Shown here piece by piece: positions 36,976 through 46,201 of a DNA stretch of 64,000 nt. Below the pieces are notes generated by a model. It was given only the letters and a program-made list of their open reading frames with translations. It did no database searches and had not been told where the DNA came from. The stretch spans positions 79,987 to 143,986 of the IMG/VR virus record IMGVR_UViG_2595698964_000001. The stretch is one strand, 5' to 3'. This DNA is from a virus (lineage: Duplodnaviria > Caudoviricetes). A program made the position numbers and the translations under genes. Every line of letters begins with the position of its first letter. Position 1 is the first letter of the stretch.

Positions 36976-39660
36976 TTGGAAACAGAAATTATGGAGCCAC
37001 TAATGGGACGCGGAAAGAAAACGGCTAAAATTATGTTTGTTACAGATACAGCGTCTGAACACGATTATTACGAAACAGGAAAGTATATGACTGATCAACC
37101 GGGGAAACTTCTGTTGTACTCGCTTAAAAAGTTAGGGATAGACTTGAAAACGGATTGCTACTTTACAGCTCTTGTAAAGCAACCGACTCCGGAAAATAGA
37201 CAACCTAATAGAGAAGAAGTTGACGCGTATGTAGGCATATTCGAGAAAGAGGTTGAGATTGTAAATCCTGACATTATTGTTCCTATGGGTAATGTGTCTC
37301 TCAAGAAGGTCGGAGGTAAAACGGGTATTACGAAGTTTAGAGGAAAAGCAACAGTTGATGAGGAGACCGGAAGAATCATCTTTCCAATAATTGGTCCCGA
37401 TATGCTATTTCTCCAGCCTAAGCATACTAAGAAATGGACGAAAGATTTACAGAACCTTAAAGAGCTTCTAGATAAGGGAAAGAACTTCCTAGAAAGAAAA
37501 GAGGTAACTTATAGATATTTAGAAGACTTACCTTCTGTTCTTAAAGAGATTAAGAGAATGAAGAAGTCAAAATGGGTTGTATTTGACTTGGAGACAACAG
37601 GACTAGACCCATTTAAATCTGATTCTAAGATAGTTTGTATCTCGTTAACTGACAGAGACCATTACGGTGTGACTATCCCGTTAGACCATAAAGAGTTTGT
37701 CTGGGAGGAAGAAGACTTCGAGAAAGTCAAAATGGCTATTAAGCTACTTCTTGAAGATAAGAAAATAAAGAAGATGGCCCATAACGGGAAGTTCGATATG
37801 AAGTGGTTGAAAGTTCAATATGGTATCGAAGTAGCTAACTTTGCATTTGATCCTCTTCTGTGTCACTACCTTACGGTTTCTGAGGAACAGGGTGGTCATG
37901 GTCTTAAGAACCTCGCTTGGGAGTTTACTGACATGGGCGGTTACGATAATGAACTTGATGCCTTCAAGGACACACTACCAGAGAAAATCCGACATAACTA
38001 CGACAATGTACCTTGGAAAATACTCAGAACATACGCCGCAGCCGACGTTGACTGTACATTTCGATTATACAAGATATTTAAAGAGTACCTTAAGCAAGAT
38101 GAGGGCTGGAGGTATGTGTTTAAGAACCTTCTTCTACCGGGCTCGTACGCTTTGTCTGACATAGAAATAAACGGCGCGAAACTTGACGAGGACAGAATAG
38201 CGTTATACGAGGAAGTTTTCCCAGCGCGCACTGCTGAAATTGAAGAAAAGTTAAGACAGTACCCTGAAGTATTAGAGATCGAACGCGAGAAGCAGAGATT
38301 GTTCGAACTTAGACAGCTAGAAATGAAGAAGCCGAAGGAAGAGCGAAACGAGGAAATACTTAAGTACAATAAATATAAGAACTTCAAGTTTAAGTTTAGC
38401 TCAACCAATCAACTACGAGAACTTCTTTTTGAAAAACTAGGGTTAGACACGCCTTTCCTTACGAAAAAGGGAGAGGAAAGAAAAAGACTTGTAGAGAAAA
38501 GAAATAGAGGGAAAAAGAAGTCAGAACAAGAGAAATTTGTACCAACAATTGAAGAGCTCTCTACCGGGAAAGAGACTCTTGCATATCTAGATGGTAAACA
38601 TCCTATTGCCTCCCTCTTGTCTGAATGGAGACGTATTGAGAAAGTTTATGGAACTTATATTAAACCTGCGAGAAGCTGGATTGGAGCAGATGGTCTTGCC
38701 CACCCTACGTATAACCTTACGGGAACGGTAACAGGACGTTTGTCTTCAGAAAACCCAAACGCGCAGAATTTCCCGCGTAAGTCAAATGATCCTAGAGCAT
38801 TTGAATACGTTTACGGAATAAAAAAGATGTTCGTTAGTCGATTTGGAGCAGACGGACTAATATTACAAGCTGACTACTCTCAGCTGGAATTACGTATCGC
38901 AGCAATTTTCTCTAACGACAAGGAGCTTATGAATGCGTACAAAGCTGGAAAAGACATCCATATTTACGTTGCTTCAAAGGTTCATAAGATACCTGAGTCA
39001 GAAGTAACAAAAGACCAACGTACTGCTGCAAAAGCCGTAGGATTTGGACTCTTGTACGGTAAAGGTGCGTATTCTTTGGCTCAAGATATGAAGGTTGATC
39101 TTGAAGAAGCGCAAGAGTTCATTGATACTTACTTCAAGGAGTTTGCAGGAGTTAAGAAATGGCTCGATAACACGAGAAAACAAGTGTTCAAAAATAAGCG
39201 TGTTAAGACGCTTACAGGACGTTGGAGACGTCTCGCAGCTATTGACTCAACTAACCGAGCAACAGCGGCTGACGCAGAACGTCAAGCTGTAAACTCACCT
39301 ATCCAAGGTAGCGGCTCTGATATTACTCTTTCATCTCTAATTGCGTTAGGTCGTCGTTTGAGAGAAGAAGGGTTTAGATCAGTAATTTGTATGACAGTTC
39401 ACGATAGTATTGTACTCGATGTTCATAAAGATGAACTTACTGGGGTTTACAAATTAGTTAAGGAAGTAATGGAGAACCCTCCGTTTGACTGGGTAACTGT
39501 ACCTATCGTGGCCGATGTGGAAATTGGGCGTAACTACGGAGACTTGGTTGACTTGAAACAATTAAGTGACCTTGATGACTATAAAGATGTGTATGAGTAC
39601 ATCGATGTTAAGTTTGAGGAGAAAAAGAAAGAAGATTTAGAAAAGGCAACGAAGAACTGA
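36976..39660 (+). CDS. Family A DNA polymerase with N-terminal UDG-like domain and 3'-5' exonuclease
   Basis: FDLETTG, HNGKFD, YAAAD, TGRLSS, DYSQLELR, R.AAK..GFG..YG, VHDS; RBS AAAGGAGG with TTG 36976; no intron. Confidence 0.95.
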   Translation: METEIMEPLMGRGKKTAKIMFVTDTASEHDYYETGKYMTDQPGKLLLYSLKKLGIDLKTDCYFTALVKQPTPENRQPNREEVDAYVGIFEKEVEIVNPDIIVPMGNVSLKKVGGKTGITKFRGKATVDEETGRIIFPIIGPDMLFLQPKHTKKWTKDLQNLKELLDKGKNFLERKEVTYRYLEDLPSVLKEIKRMKKSKWVVFDLETTGLDPFKSDSKIVCISLTDRDHYGVTIPLDHKEFVWEEEDFEKVKMAIKLLLEDKKIKKMAHNGKFDMKWLKVQYGIEVANFAFDPLLCHYLTVSEEQGGHGLKNLAWEFTDMGGYDNELDAFKDTLPEKIRHNYDNVPWKILRTYAAADVDCTFRLYKIFKEYLKQDEGWRYVFKNLLLPGSYALSDIEINGAKLDEDRIALYEEVFPARTAEIEEKLRQYPEVLEIEREKQRLFELRQLEMKKPKEERNEEILKYNKYKNFKFKFSSTNQLRELLFEKLGLDTPFLTKKGEERKRLVEKRNRGKKKSEQEKFVPTIEELSTGKETLAYLDGKHPIASLLSEWRRIEKVYGTYIKPARSWIGADGLAHPTYNLTGTVTGRLSSENPNAQNFPRKSNDPRAFEYVYGIKKMFVSRFGADGLILQADYSQLELRIAAIFSNDKELMNAYKAGKDIHIYVASKVHKIPESEVTKDQRTAAKAVGFGLLYGKGAYSLAQDMKVDLEEAQEFIDTYFKEFAGVKKWLDNTRKQVFKNKRVKTLTGRWRRLAAIDSTNRATAADAERQAVNSPIQGSGSDITLSSLIALGRRLREEGFRSVICMTVHDSIVLDVHKDELTGVYKLVKEVMENPPFDWVTVPIVADVEIGRNYGDLVDLKQLSDLDDYKDVYEYIDVKFEEKKKEDLEKATKN

Positions 39661-39906
39661 CGTTCGTCGGGCATAAGTCCTAAATAGCTGGAATTATGTA
39701 TGTTTTTGGCTCTAACGATCATTTTGGTTTCAACTTTTTCAACTTGGCAACATATGGATATGATAGTGTTTTGAACACATCAGAGCCCTGACAACAGCAT
39801 TTAGTAGCAGTTACCTAGTTATTTCTCATCAACATCGGGTATATAATAGTGTTGGGAGATGAGAGACCTATTTTAACATAAGAATCCGGAAGAGAGGGAG
39901 ATTGAG

Positions 39907-40077
39907 TTGAAACGTAAACAAAATAACTTAGAGCCGTTGAAACAAAAACGCGAAGGTTACATTATGGTTAACGAAGCCAACAACGTTGAAATCAAATGTA
40001 CTCCAGAGTTTAAACAGATTTGGCTCGCAAGGGGTTTCAAAGTTGTTAAACATAGTCGCGAATTACGCTTGATATAA
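39907..40077 (+). CDS. Small basic hypothetical protein (56 aa, missing from ORF track)
   Basis: RBS GAGGGAG, TTG start; MKRKQNNLEPLKQKREGYIMVNEANNVEIKCTPEFKQIWLARGFKVVKHSRELRLI; followed by a terminator. Confidence 0.6.
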   Translation: MKRKQNNLEPLKQKREGYIMVNEANNVEIKCTPEFKQIWLARGFKVVKHSRELRLI

Positions 40078-40110
40078 TACAGACATAATACATTATTTTA
40101 ATATACATTA

Positions 40111-40143
40111 GTCACCATCCACTGGATGGTGATTTTTATTTTT
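40111..40143 (+). terminator. Intrinsic terminator
   Basis: GTCACCATCC-ACT-GGATGGTGAT plus T run. Confidence 0.8.
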
Positions 40144-40154
40144 ACATGTGAAAA

Positions 40155-40184
40155 GGAGTACATTTTGAAAACCGCGCTTTATTT
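40155..40184 (+). promoter_or_regulatory. Phage middle-type promoter
   Basis: GGAGT-N18-TTTATTT. Confidence 0.72.
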
Positions 40185-40218
40185 ACTACGAATTAAGGAA
40201 AGAGTGAGGTGAGAGTGG

Positions 40219-40737
40219 TTGAACAACGACGTTACTATGGACTTAGATTCTTTGGATATTACAGTTACTGTTAAGACAAAGAATGGGGAAATTGAGGAAT
40301 TTAACATTAAAGATGAGCTTATGATTGACCGCGACAATGTAAATGAAGGATACATTAACCAACCTGGCAGGTATGCTTGGTGGGGGATGGTTCTTGAAGT
40401 TGCTAAAGCTAATGTTGAACGCGCTAAACGAGAGCTCTCTGTTCAAGAAGCTGAGGCAGATGAACGTGTTAGAACGGAACTTGATATGGAAGGGGTAAAA
40501 ATTACTGAGGCTATAGTAACCCGACGTATCAAAGCCGACAAAGGGTATTTAAAAGCTGCTGACGAGCTCGTAGAAGCTCAGAAAGCTTCCGGTATATTAG
40601 ATAAGGTCTTAAAAGCTTTTGACCAACGTATGGAGGCGCTAATAAGCTTAGGGGCTAATTTGCGAAAAGAAGAAGTTAATGTTGAGCTTACTATGAAGAA
40701 AATGCAAGCTCGCGAAGTGTTAAAGAAAAACAAGTAA
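40219..40737 (+). CDS. UvsY-like recombination mediator
   Basis: All-helical; KITEA, AFDQR..ALISLGANLR.E; upstream of SSB and RecA. Confidence 0.6.
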   Translation: MNNDVTMDLDSLDITVTVKTKNGEIEEFNIKDELMIDRDNVNEGYINQPGRYAWWGMVLEVAKANVERAKRELSVQEAEADERVRTELDMEGVKITEAIVTRRIKADKGYLKAADELVEAQKASGILDKVLKAFDQRMEALISLGANLRKEEVNVELTMKKMQAREVLKKNK

Positions 40738-40740
40738 ACA

Positions 40741-40885
40741 ACTAAGACTTAACAGCGTCGACGCTGAGGCGTGGAGTAGGGAGTCCAAAAGATTTTTATG
40801 TTAACACTCTCTCACCCCAATTCTCTCTTTTGGGCTCTCTCCTCTGCGTCTTAGTGTTGGCGTAAGTTAAATTATGGGGAGAGAT
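40741..40885 (+). promoter_or_regulatory. Structured RNA leader of the SSB gene (about 38-bp G-U-rich stem; loop complementary to the SD)
   Basis: 40755-40792 pairs with 40826-40863; nearly all deviations from Watson-Crick are G-U on the + strand. Confidence 0.75.
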
Positions 40886-40890
40886 AATAA

Positions 40891-41919
40891 ATGGGTTTAG
40901 ACATCGAAAAGTACAAAAAACGGTTATTGGAATCACAAGAGCGTAGCAGTGGCGGGGGAGGAGACATGACGTTCTTTAATATCAAAGAGGGACGTAACGT
41001 TGTGCGCATTCTACCTCCGAAAGTGGAAGATGGTGACATTTACTCTGAATGTAAGATCAACTATAATCTTGGTCCAAATAAAGATCGACAAGCTGTAAGT
41101 CGTAAGAGTGCCGGTTTTGCTGACGATCCAGTTGAAGAACTTATCCAAGAGCTTGAAAGTTCAGGCGACAAGGATGACGCGAAATACGCTAAAAAGTTAA
41201 AACCTCGTATGCGGTATTACTTCAACGTAATAAACCGAGAAGCTACAGAGGGTGATGATGATTTCGAAAAAGTGTTGGTTATGGGCTGTGGGACTACTGT
41301 GTTCGAAGGTGTCCTTGGTTTGATTGTAGACCCTGACTTTGGTGACATCACTGACCCTGAAGAGGGGTATGACGTTATTATTACGCGTAAAGGTAAAGGA
41401 ATGAAAACTGAGTACAAAGTGACTGGTCGTCCGAAACAAACACCGATTGGTGTGGATGACTGGGAAGAACAACTACATGATCTTGAAAAGCTTACAAAAC
41501 CTCGTGATGCCGAAGCGATTGAACATCTGTTAGAAACTGGTGAATGGCCAGCTCGTAGTGGAGATGACGACGAGGACGATGACGAGAAACCAAAGAAGAA
41601 AAAGAAAAAGGCTGAGGAGAAGAAAAAGAAAACGACAACCAAGAAAAAGAAAAAGCCTGAGCCAGTAGACGAAGAAGAAGAAGAAGAAGACGATGATGAT
41701 TTTGAGGATGACGACTTAGAAGAAGATGAAATTGAAGACCTTGATGATGAAGATGAAGACCTTGATGATGAAGATGAAGATGAAGATGAAGATGCAGATG
41801 AAGATGAAGATGAAGATGAAGATGCAGATGAAGATGAAGATGAAGATGATGACATCGAAGCTGAGATTGAAAAAATGTTAGCGGAAGACAAGAAAAAAGC
41901 TAAGAAAAAGAAAAAATAA
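40891..41919 (+). CDS. Single-stranded DNA-binding protein (T4 gp32-like) with D/E- and K-rich tail
   Basis: VRILPP, RYYFNVI.R, DITDPEEGYDV.I.RKG.G..TEY; clustered with UvsY-like and RecA genes. Confidence 0.8.
   Translation: MGLDIEKYKKRLLESQERSSGGGGDMTFFNIKEGRNVVRILPPKVEDGDIYSECKINYNLGPNKDRQAVSRKSAGFADDPVEELIQELESSGDKDDAKYAKKLKPRMRYYFNVINREATEGDDDFEKVLVMGCGTTVFEGVLGLIVDPDFGDITDPEEGYDVIITRKGKGMKTEYKVTGRPKQTPIGVDDWEEQLHDLEKLTKPRDAEAIEHLLETGEWPARSGDDDEDDDEKPKKKKKKAEEKKKKTTTKKKKKPEPVDEEEEEEDDDDFEDDDLEEDEIEDLDDEDEDLDDEDEDEDEDADEDEDEDEDADEDEDEDDDIEAEIEKMLAEDKKKAKKKKK
41735..41853 (+). repeat. Coding tandem repeats (GATGAA)n giving an Asp/Glu tract
   Basis: GAAGACCTTGATGATGAAGAT x2, then GAAGATGCAGATGAAGATGAAGATGAAGAT x2. 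Confidence 0.85.
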
Positions 41920-41972
41920 TGGGGTTGGAGCGACGTTAACACGTCGCTCCTCCTAGTCTAGGAGGAAAATAG

Positions 41973-43016
41973 ATGGCTAAAGCAAAGAAATCAAAGAAAA
42001 CAGAAGAACCGACTGAGGTCGAGAATGTTGTAGGCGGGGAAGACGATTTAATTAACAGTTTGATCTTAGACCTAAATACTGACGGGGATGTAATGACTCT
42101 TGAAAATGCTACGCATGCTTCAGTTCCGGGTTGGATACCTTCTGGCGACCCAGCCCTAGACGAAGCATTAGGCGGAGGGTGGCCACTTTCTCGTATCGTA
42201 GAGGTCTATGGACCAGAGTCTAATGGTAAAACCACTGTAGCGCTACATGCTATTGCTGAAGTTCAAAAGATAGGTGGAATTGCTATCTTTTTAGATACTG
42301 AACACGCGCTAGATCGAACAAGAGCTAAGTCTATTGGGGTTGATCTCAAAACTATGATCTACGCTCAACCGGGAACGATGGAGAGTGTGTTTGAATTTGT
42401 AGATGGTCTTATTGATAAGATTCGGAAGAAAAACGTTGAGAGACCTATCCTTGTTGTTTGGGACTCTGTTGCTGCGACGCCTACAAATGTAGAAGTTAAC
42501 GGGGAATATGACGACCAACATGTAGGTATTCATGCTCGCGTAATGTCTCAAGGATTCCGTAAAATTAACTCTAAAATTAACAAGAATAACGTTTGCTTTA
42601 TGTGTATTAACCAAACGCGAGACAAAGTTGGGGTTACTTTTGGAGAAAAATCTACGACTCCTGGAGGAAGAGCTCTTAAATTCTATGCCTCTGTACGTCT
42701 TGAAGTTATAAAAGTCGGACAGTACAAAGAGGGTAACGCTGTTGCGGGGATAAAATGTATCGCGAATACTAAAAAGAACAAAGTCGCACCTCCTTTCAGA
42801 AAGGTCGAATTTAACATTTTATTCGCTGATGAGAATGGCGGTATTGACGGGCTTGGTTCGTTGTTAGACAAAGGATTGGAAGCCGGAATGTTCGGTACGT
42901 CTAAAGGTTGGTATGAAATCGACGGTCAAAAGTTCAGAAAGGCTGATGCGAGAACATACCTAAGAGAACATCCTGAGACTGTAAAAACCCTTCGCGATAC
43001 TTTGCTGTCCATGTAG
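41973..43016 (+). CDS. recA: RecA/UvsX-like recombinase
   Basis: VEVYGPESNGKTT, DTEHALD, WDSVAA, INQ.R, PGGRALKFYASVR, KNKVAPPF. Confidence 0.95.
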   Translation: MAKAKKSKKTEEPTEVENVVGGEDDLINSLILDLNTDGDVMTLENATHASVPGWIPSGDPALDEALGGGWPLSRIVEVYGPESNGKTTVALHAIAEVQKIGGIAIFLDTEHALDRTRAKSIGVDLKTMIYAQPGTMESVFEFVDGLIDKIRKKNVERPILVVWDSVAATPTNVEVNGEYDDQHVGIHARVMSQGFRKINSKINKNNVCFMCINQTRDKVGVTFGEKSTTPGGRALKFYASVRLEVIKVGQYKEGNAVAGIKCIANTKKNKVAPPFRKVEFNILFADENGGIDGLGSLLDKGLEAGMFGTSKGWYEIDGQKFRKADARTYLREHPETVKTLRDTLLSM

Positions 43017-43027
43017 TTGTAAAACTG

Positions 43028-43049
43028 ACCCAGTTCCGGCTGGGTTTTT
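43028..43049 (+). terminator. Intrinsic terminator
   Basis: ACCCAGT-TCCG-GCTGGGT plus T run. Confidence 0.75.
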
Positions 43050-43074
43050 GTTTACAGCCAAACAAGTAAACAAG

Positions 43075-43104
43075 GGTGTAAACTTTGTAAAACTTACTTT
43101 ATTT
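43075..43104 (+). promoter_or_regulatory. Phage middle-type promoter
   Basis: GGTGT-aaactttg-N10-TTTATTT. Confidence 0.75.
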
Positions 43105-43123
43105 ATAACGAAAGAGGAGGGAT

Positions 43124-44092
43124 ATGATGAGGCTTTTAATTGACGCGAACAATATCGCGTATAGAGCAGATAAAACGCAACACTTGACTACTAAACAGGG
43201 TGAGTCTGTGGGAGCCATCTACGGCGTTATTCAGATGCTTAACTCCTACGTCAAACCTAGCGATAGTACTTATAAAAACCATATTATGGATGCGCTAAAA
43301 CCTTATGTATCAGACATTGAGAAGGGATTCACCTCTGTTGTAACTTGTTGGGATGTAGGTAAAAGTGCGTTTAGACTAAAGCTGTACCCTGATTATAAAG
43401 GACAGCGAGAAATACGACGCGCGGAGAAGACAGAAGAGGAAAAAGAAGAGTTCAGACGACTTATTGAGCAGATGAATATACTGAGAGACTCGCTACCTAT
43501 CTTTGGAGTCAAGTCGTTATCGCTACCGGGTTGGGAAGCAGATGACTTAATTTATACGACAACTCAGTTATCGACTGAACCTTGTGTCGTGGTATCTACT
43601 GATGCTGACATGCTTCAACTAGTGAGTGAAAACGTATTTGTTTGGCAACCGTTTAAATCTGTGTTATACACGCTAGATAACTTTGAAGAGTTAACTGGAG
43701 TTAAAAAGGATGTTTATTTACAGATGCGTACGTTGGTAGGTGACAGTAGCGATAATATACCGGGGATTCACGGAATTGGTCCAAAGACAGCGGCGAAACT
43801 ACTGAATGAATATGGTAGTTTGGAAGGTATCATAAAAAACCACGCGGAACTTATGAAAAAGAAGACAACAGCGAGAATTTTTGAGAACATTGAGATTCTT
43901 GATCGTAATGATGCGTTGATGAATATGAACAGGATACCTTTTGAGACAATTAAACCTTATGTACAAGAGGCTTTAGAGAAGGAAGAAAGCTTTGACATGA
44001 AAGCTGTTAAGAAGTTCTTGATAAGATACCAATTTGTATCAATTTTGAAATATGTGAAACAAATGGAACAAACTTTTGGAAAACTTAGCTAA
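43124..44092 (+). CDS. 5'-3' exonuclease / flap endonuclease (RNase H-type)
   Basis: LIDANN, YK..R, EADD, STDADM.QL, GDSSDNIPG..GIGPKTA. Confidence 0.93.
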   Translation: MMRLLIDANNIAYRADKTQHLTTKQGESVGAIYGVIQMLNSYVKPSDSTYKNHIMDALKPYVSDIEKGFTSVVTCWDVGKSAFRLKLYPDYKGQREIRRAEKTEEEKEEFRRLIEQMNILRDSLPIFGVKSLSLPGWEADDLIYTTTQLSTEPCVVVSTDADMLQLVSENVFVWQPFKSVLYTLDNFEELTGVKKDVYLQMRTLVGDSSDNIPGIHGIGPKTAAKLLNEYGSLEGIIKNHAELMKKKTTARIFENIEILDRNDALMNMNRIPFETIKPYVQEALEKEESFDMKAVKKFLIRYQFVSILKYVKQMEQTFGKLS

Positions 44093-44107
44093 AGGGGATT
44101 GGAATAA

Positions 44108-44572
44108 ATGAGTAATTTGATGAATAGTGTAGACAGTGTAACGAATAAGGTTGAAAATTTCTTGTATCAGAACGAGGAGAGTGTACTACGTTATGTTCCG
44201 TCTAGTTGTAAGCGTCCTCAATCCTTGGTTGTTCATCTAAGATCGTTAGACTGCGGAGTATTTATTGGTACTATGACGGCTTATGACGCGAAAGGGTACA
44301 AAAGCGCTAAGGCATTTCCGGTAGGGACATTTATGTCTATGGTTGGCGAAGTGGAAGAAGCGCTTAACGAGTTTAGTGACGACCCTATGCTGACAAAAGT
44401 GTTTGGGTATAGACCGTCTCAGAACGTCGCAACCTTTTTAAAAGCCAAAAATGTACACCGACTGTTTTTTATTGAAGAAACTAATGTACTTGACTTTGTA
44501 AAACTTCTTAACAGCGAGAAGAACTTGAAGAAGCGTAGTAAAAAAGCTAATATGATTATTTCTGTAGAATAG
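44108..44572 (+). CDS. Hypothetical protein
   Basis: ORF with RBS in the FEN-ligase operon. Confidence 0.6.
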   Translation: MSNLMNSVDSVTNKVENFLYQNEESVLRYVPSSCKRPQSLVVHLRSLDCGVFIGTMTAYDAKGYKSAKAFPVGTFMSMVGEVEEALNEFSDDPMLTKVFGYRPSQNVATFLKAKNVHRLFFIEETNVLDFVKLLNSEKNLKKRSKKANMIISVE

Positions 44573-44582
44573 GAGCGCGCTA

Positions 44583-45854
44583 ATGTCTAAGTTACTTGAT
44601 GTTATTACAATTATTGCTGAGTTGGAAGGTACATCGAAGAGGAACGAGAAACAAGCTATACTTGAAACCGCGAAAGGTAACGATATGTTAAAAGAGGTGT
44701 TTTACTACGCATATAATCCCTTTCTAAGGTATCATATGAAAAAGTTTGAAGTTCCTCCTGTTAAGGAGAAAGACGTAAAAGTTAAAGATGAAAACTTTGA
44801 AAAATTCAAGAGTATCTTAAATGAGCTACATAACAGAACCTTTACGGGTTCTGAAGCTCATAGTGTTGTTCAGACCTTTTTTGAGAAACTGACTGCTGTT
44901 GAGGTAAAGTTATTCTCAAGAATCTTGAGACAAGATTTGGATGTTGGCGTAACTGCTAAGACGTTCAATAAGACTTTCCCAAACGCGATCCCTACGTTTG
45001 AGTGTATGTTAGCGCAAGACTCAGCGAAGGTTAAGTTACAAAAACTTGGTTATGAAATGGTAATTATTGAACCAAAACTAGACGGTTATCGCTGTATCGG
45101 AGAAGTTCACGAAACTGGTGAAGTGAAAATGCTCACGCGAAACGGAAAACCAATAAAGGGGTATAATCTAATTGAGGCTGAGCTAGCTAAACTGCCGGTT
45201 GGAGTCTATGATGGAGAGATAACAGGTGTAGACAATACGTTCTCGGGGGTACAGTCTCAAGCGTTTAAGCATGCGACAGGTAAGAAAGGTGTATACAATA
45301 TCTTTGATTATGTCCCACTCGGGACATTTGACAAAGGACGCTGCGACATTCCGATTCTCGAACGTAAGAAGCTTCTTGAGAAGAACTTTGATTCTGTAGA
45401 GACAACTCCTGTTTCACTACGTCTTTGTACTTACTCTAAAGTTATGAACATCTTCAGCGAGGAGATTGAAGACACCTATGATAAGTTCTTAGGACAAGGC
45501 TATGAGGGTCTTATGATCAAAGATGCGAACAGTCCTTACGTCTGCGGACGTCCAAACAGTTGGTTGAAAAAGGTTCCATTTATCTCTCTTGACTTAAAAG
45601 TTGTTGGATTTGAAAAAGGTGATGAGAATGGAAAATATAGAGACACATTAGGAGCTCTTGTTGTAGAATACAACGGAAATACTGTTAATGTAAGTGGAAT
45701 CAAGGATAGCTTACGAGATGAGATTTGGAAGAATCAAGATAAATACCTTGGAGCCATCGCTGAGATTCACGCAAGAGAGCCATCCAAGAACAAACACGAT
45801 GAGAACTCTCTCCGTTTCCCTAGATTCAAACGCTGGCGAGAGGACAAAGAATGA
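44583..45854 (+). CDS. ATP-dependent DNA ligase
   Basis: EPKLDGYR, YDGE, IFD, EGLMIK, WLK, SLRFPRF..WREDK. Confidence 0.95.
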   Translation: MSKLLDVITIIAELEGTSKRNEKQAILETAKGNDMLKEVFYYAYNPFLRYHMKKFEVPPVKEKDVKVKDENFEKFKSILNELHNRTFTGSEAHSVVQTFFEKLTAVEVKLFSRILRQDLDVGVTAKTFNKTFPNAIPTFECMLAQDSAKVKLQKLGYEMVIIEPKLDGYRCIGEVHETGEVKMLTRNGKPIKGYNLIEAELAKLPVGVYDGEITGVDNTFSGVQSQAFKHATGKKGVYNIFDYVPLGTFDKGRCDIPILERKKLLEKNFDSVETTPVSLRLCTYSKVMNIFSEEIEDTYDKFLGQGYEGLMIKDANSPYVCGRPNSWLKKVPFISLDLKVVGFEKGDENGKYRDTLGALVVEYNGNTVNVSGIKDSLRDEIWKNQDKYLGAIAEIHAREPSKNKHDENSLRFPRFKRWREDKE

Positions 45855-45871
45855 CATGGGAGTGGTAACTT

Positions 45872-46201
45872 TTGGGGACGTTAAAAGAGATACTTGAACA
45901 CTCGATTAAGAATAAAGCGAGAGTCCGAGGCAGATCTCATATGGAACAACTTTTTATGGAGTACCAAGAAAAGTACTCTAAGTTGATTGGTCAACCTGCC
46001 ATCTGGAAAACAAGTAATAATACAAATATTAAAGTACCCCAACTAGTTGTAGTTGAAGAAGCCGGAGAGCGATTTGTCTTGTTAAAGAAAGCCACGTTCA
46101 ACTTAGAAGGAGTTGAAGGACTTATAAGATACGCTGTAAGTTACACTTCAATATACTCTGGTCACGATTCGGTTAATGTTTGGAGTGATGATATTGACTA
46201 G
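45872..46201 (+). CDS. Small protein, SPO1 gp33-like late-transcription accessory factor by synteny
   Basis: About 110 aa, directly upstream of and overlapping the late sigma gene; assignment by position only. Confidence 0.5.
   Translation: MGTLKEILEHSIKNKARVRGRSHMEQLFMEYQEKYSKLIGQPAIWKTSNNTNIKVPQLVVVEEAGERFVLLKKATFNLEGVEGLIRYAVSYTSIYSGHDSVNVWSDDID

Noticed and set aside
23195-39660. Group I introns, inteins or homing endonucleases in nrdE, nrdF or the polymerase, as found in SPO1 and SPbeta
   Set aside because: All three ORFs are continuous and of normal length; no HNH, GIY-YIG, LAGLIDADG or intein motifs seen
41217-41942. 241-aa Ser/Phe-rich - strand ORF
   Set aside because: Antisense shadow of the D/E/K low-complexity SSB tail; no RBS
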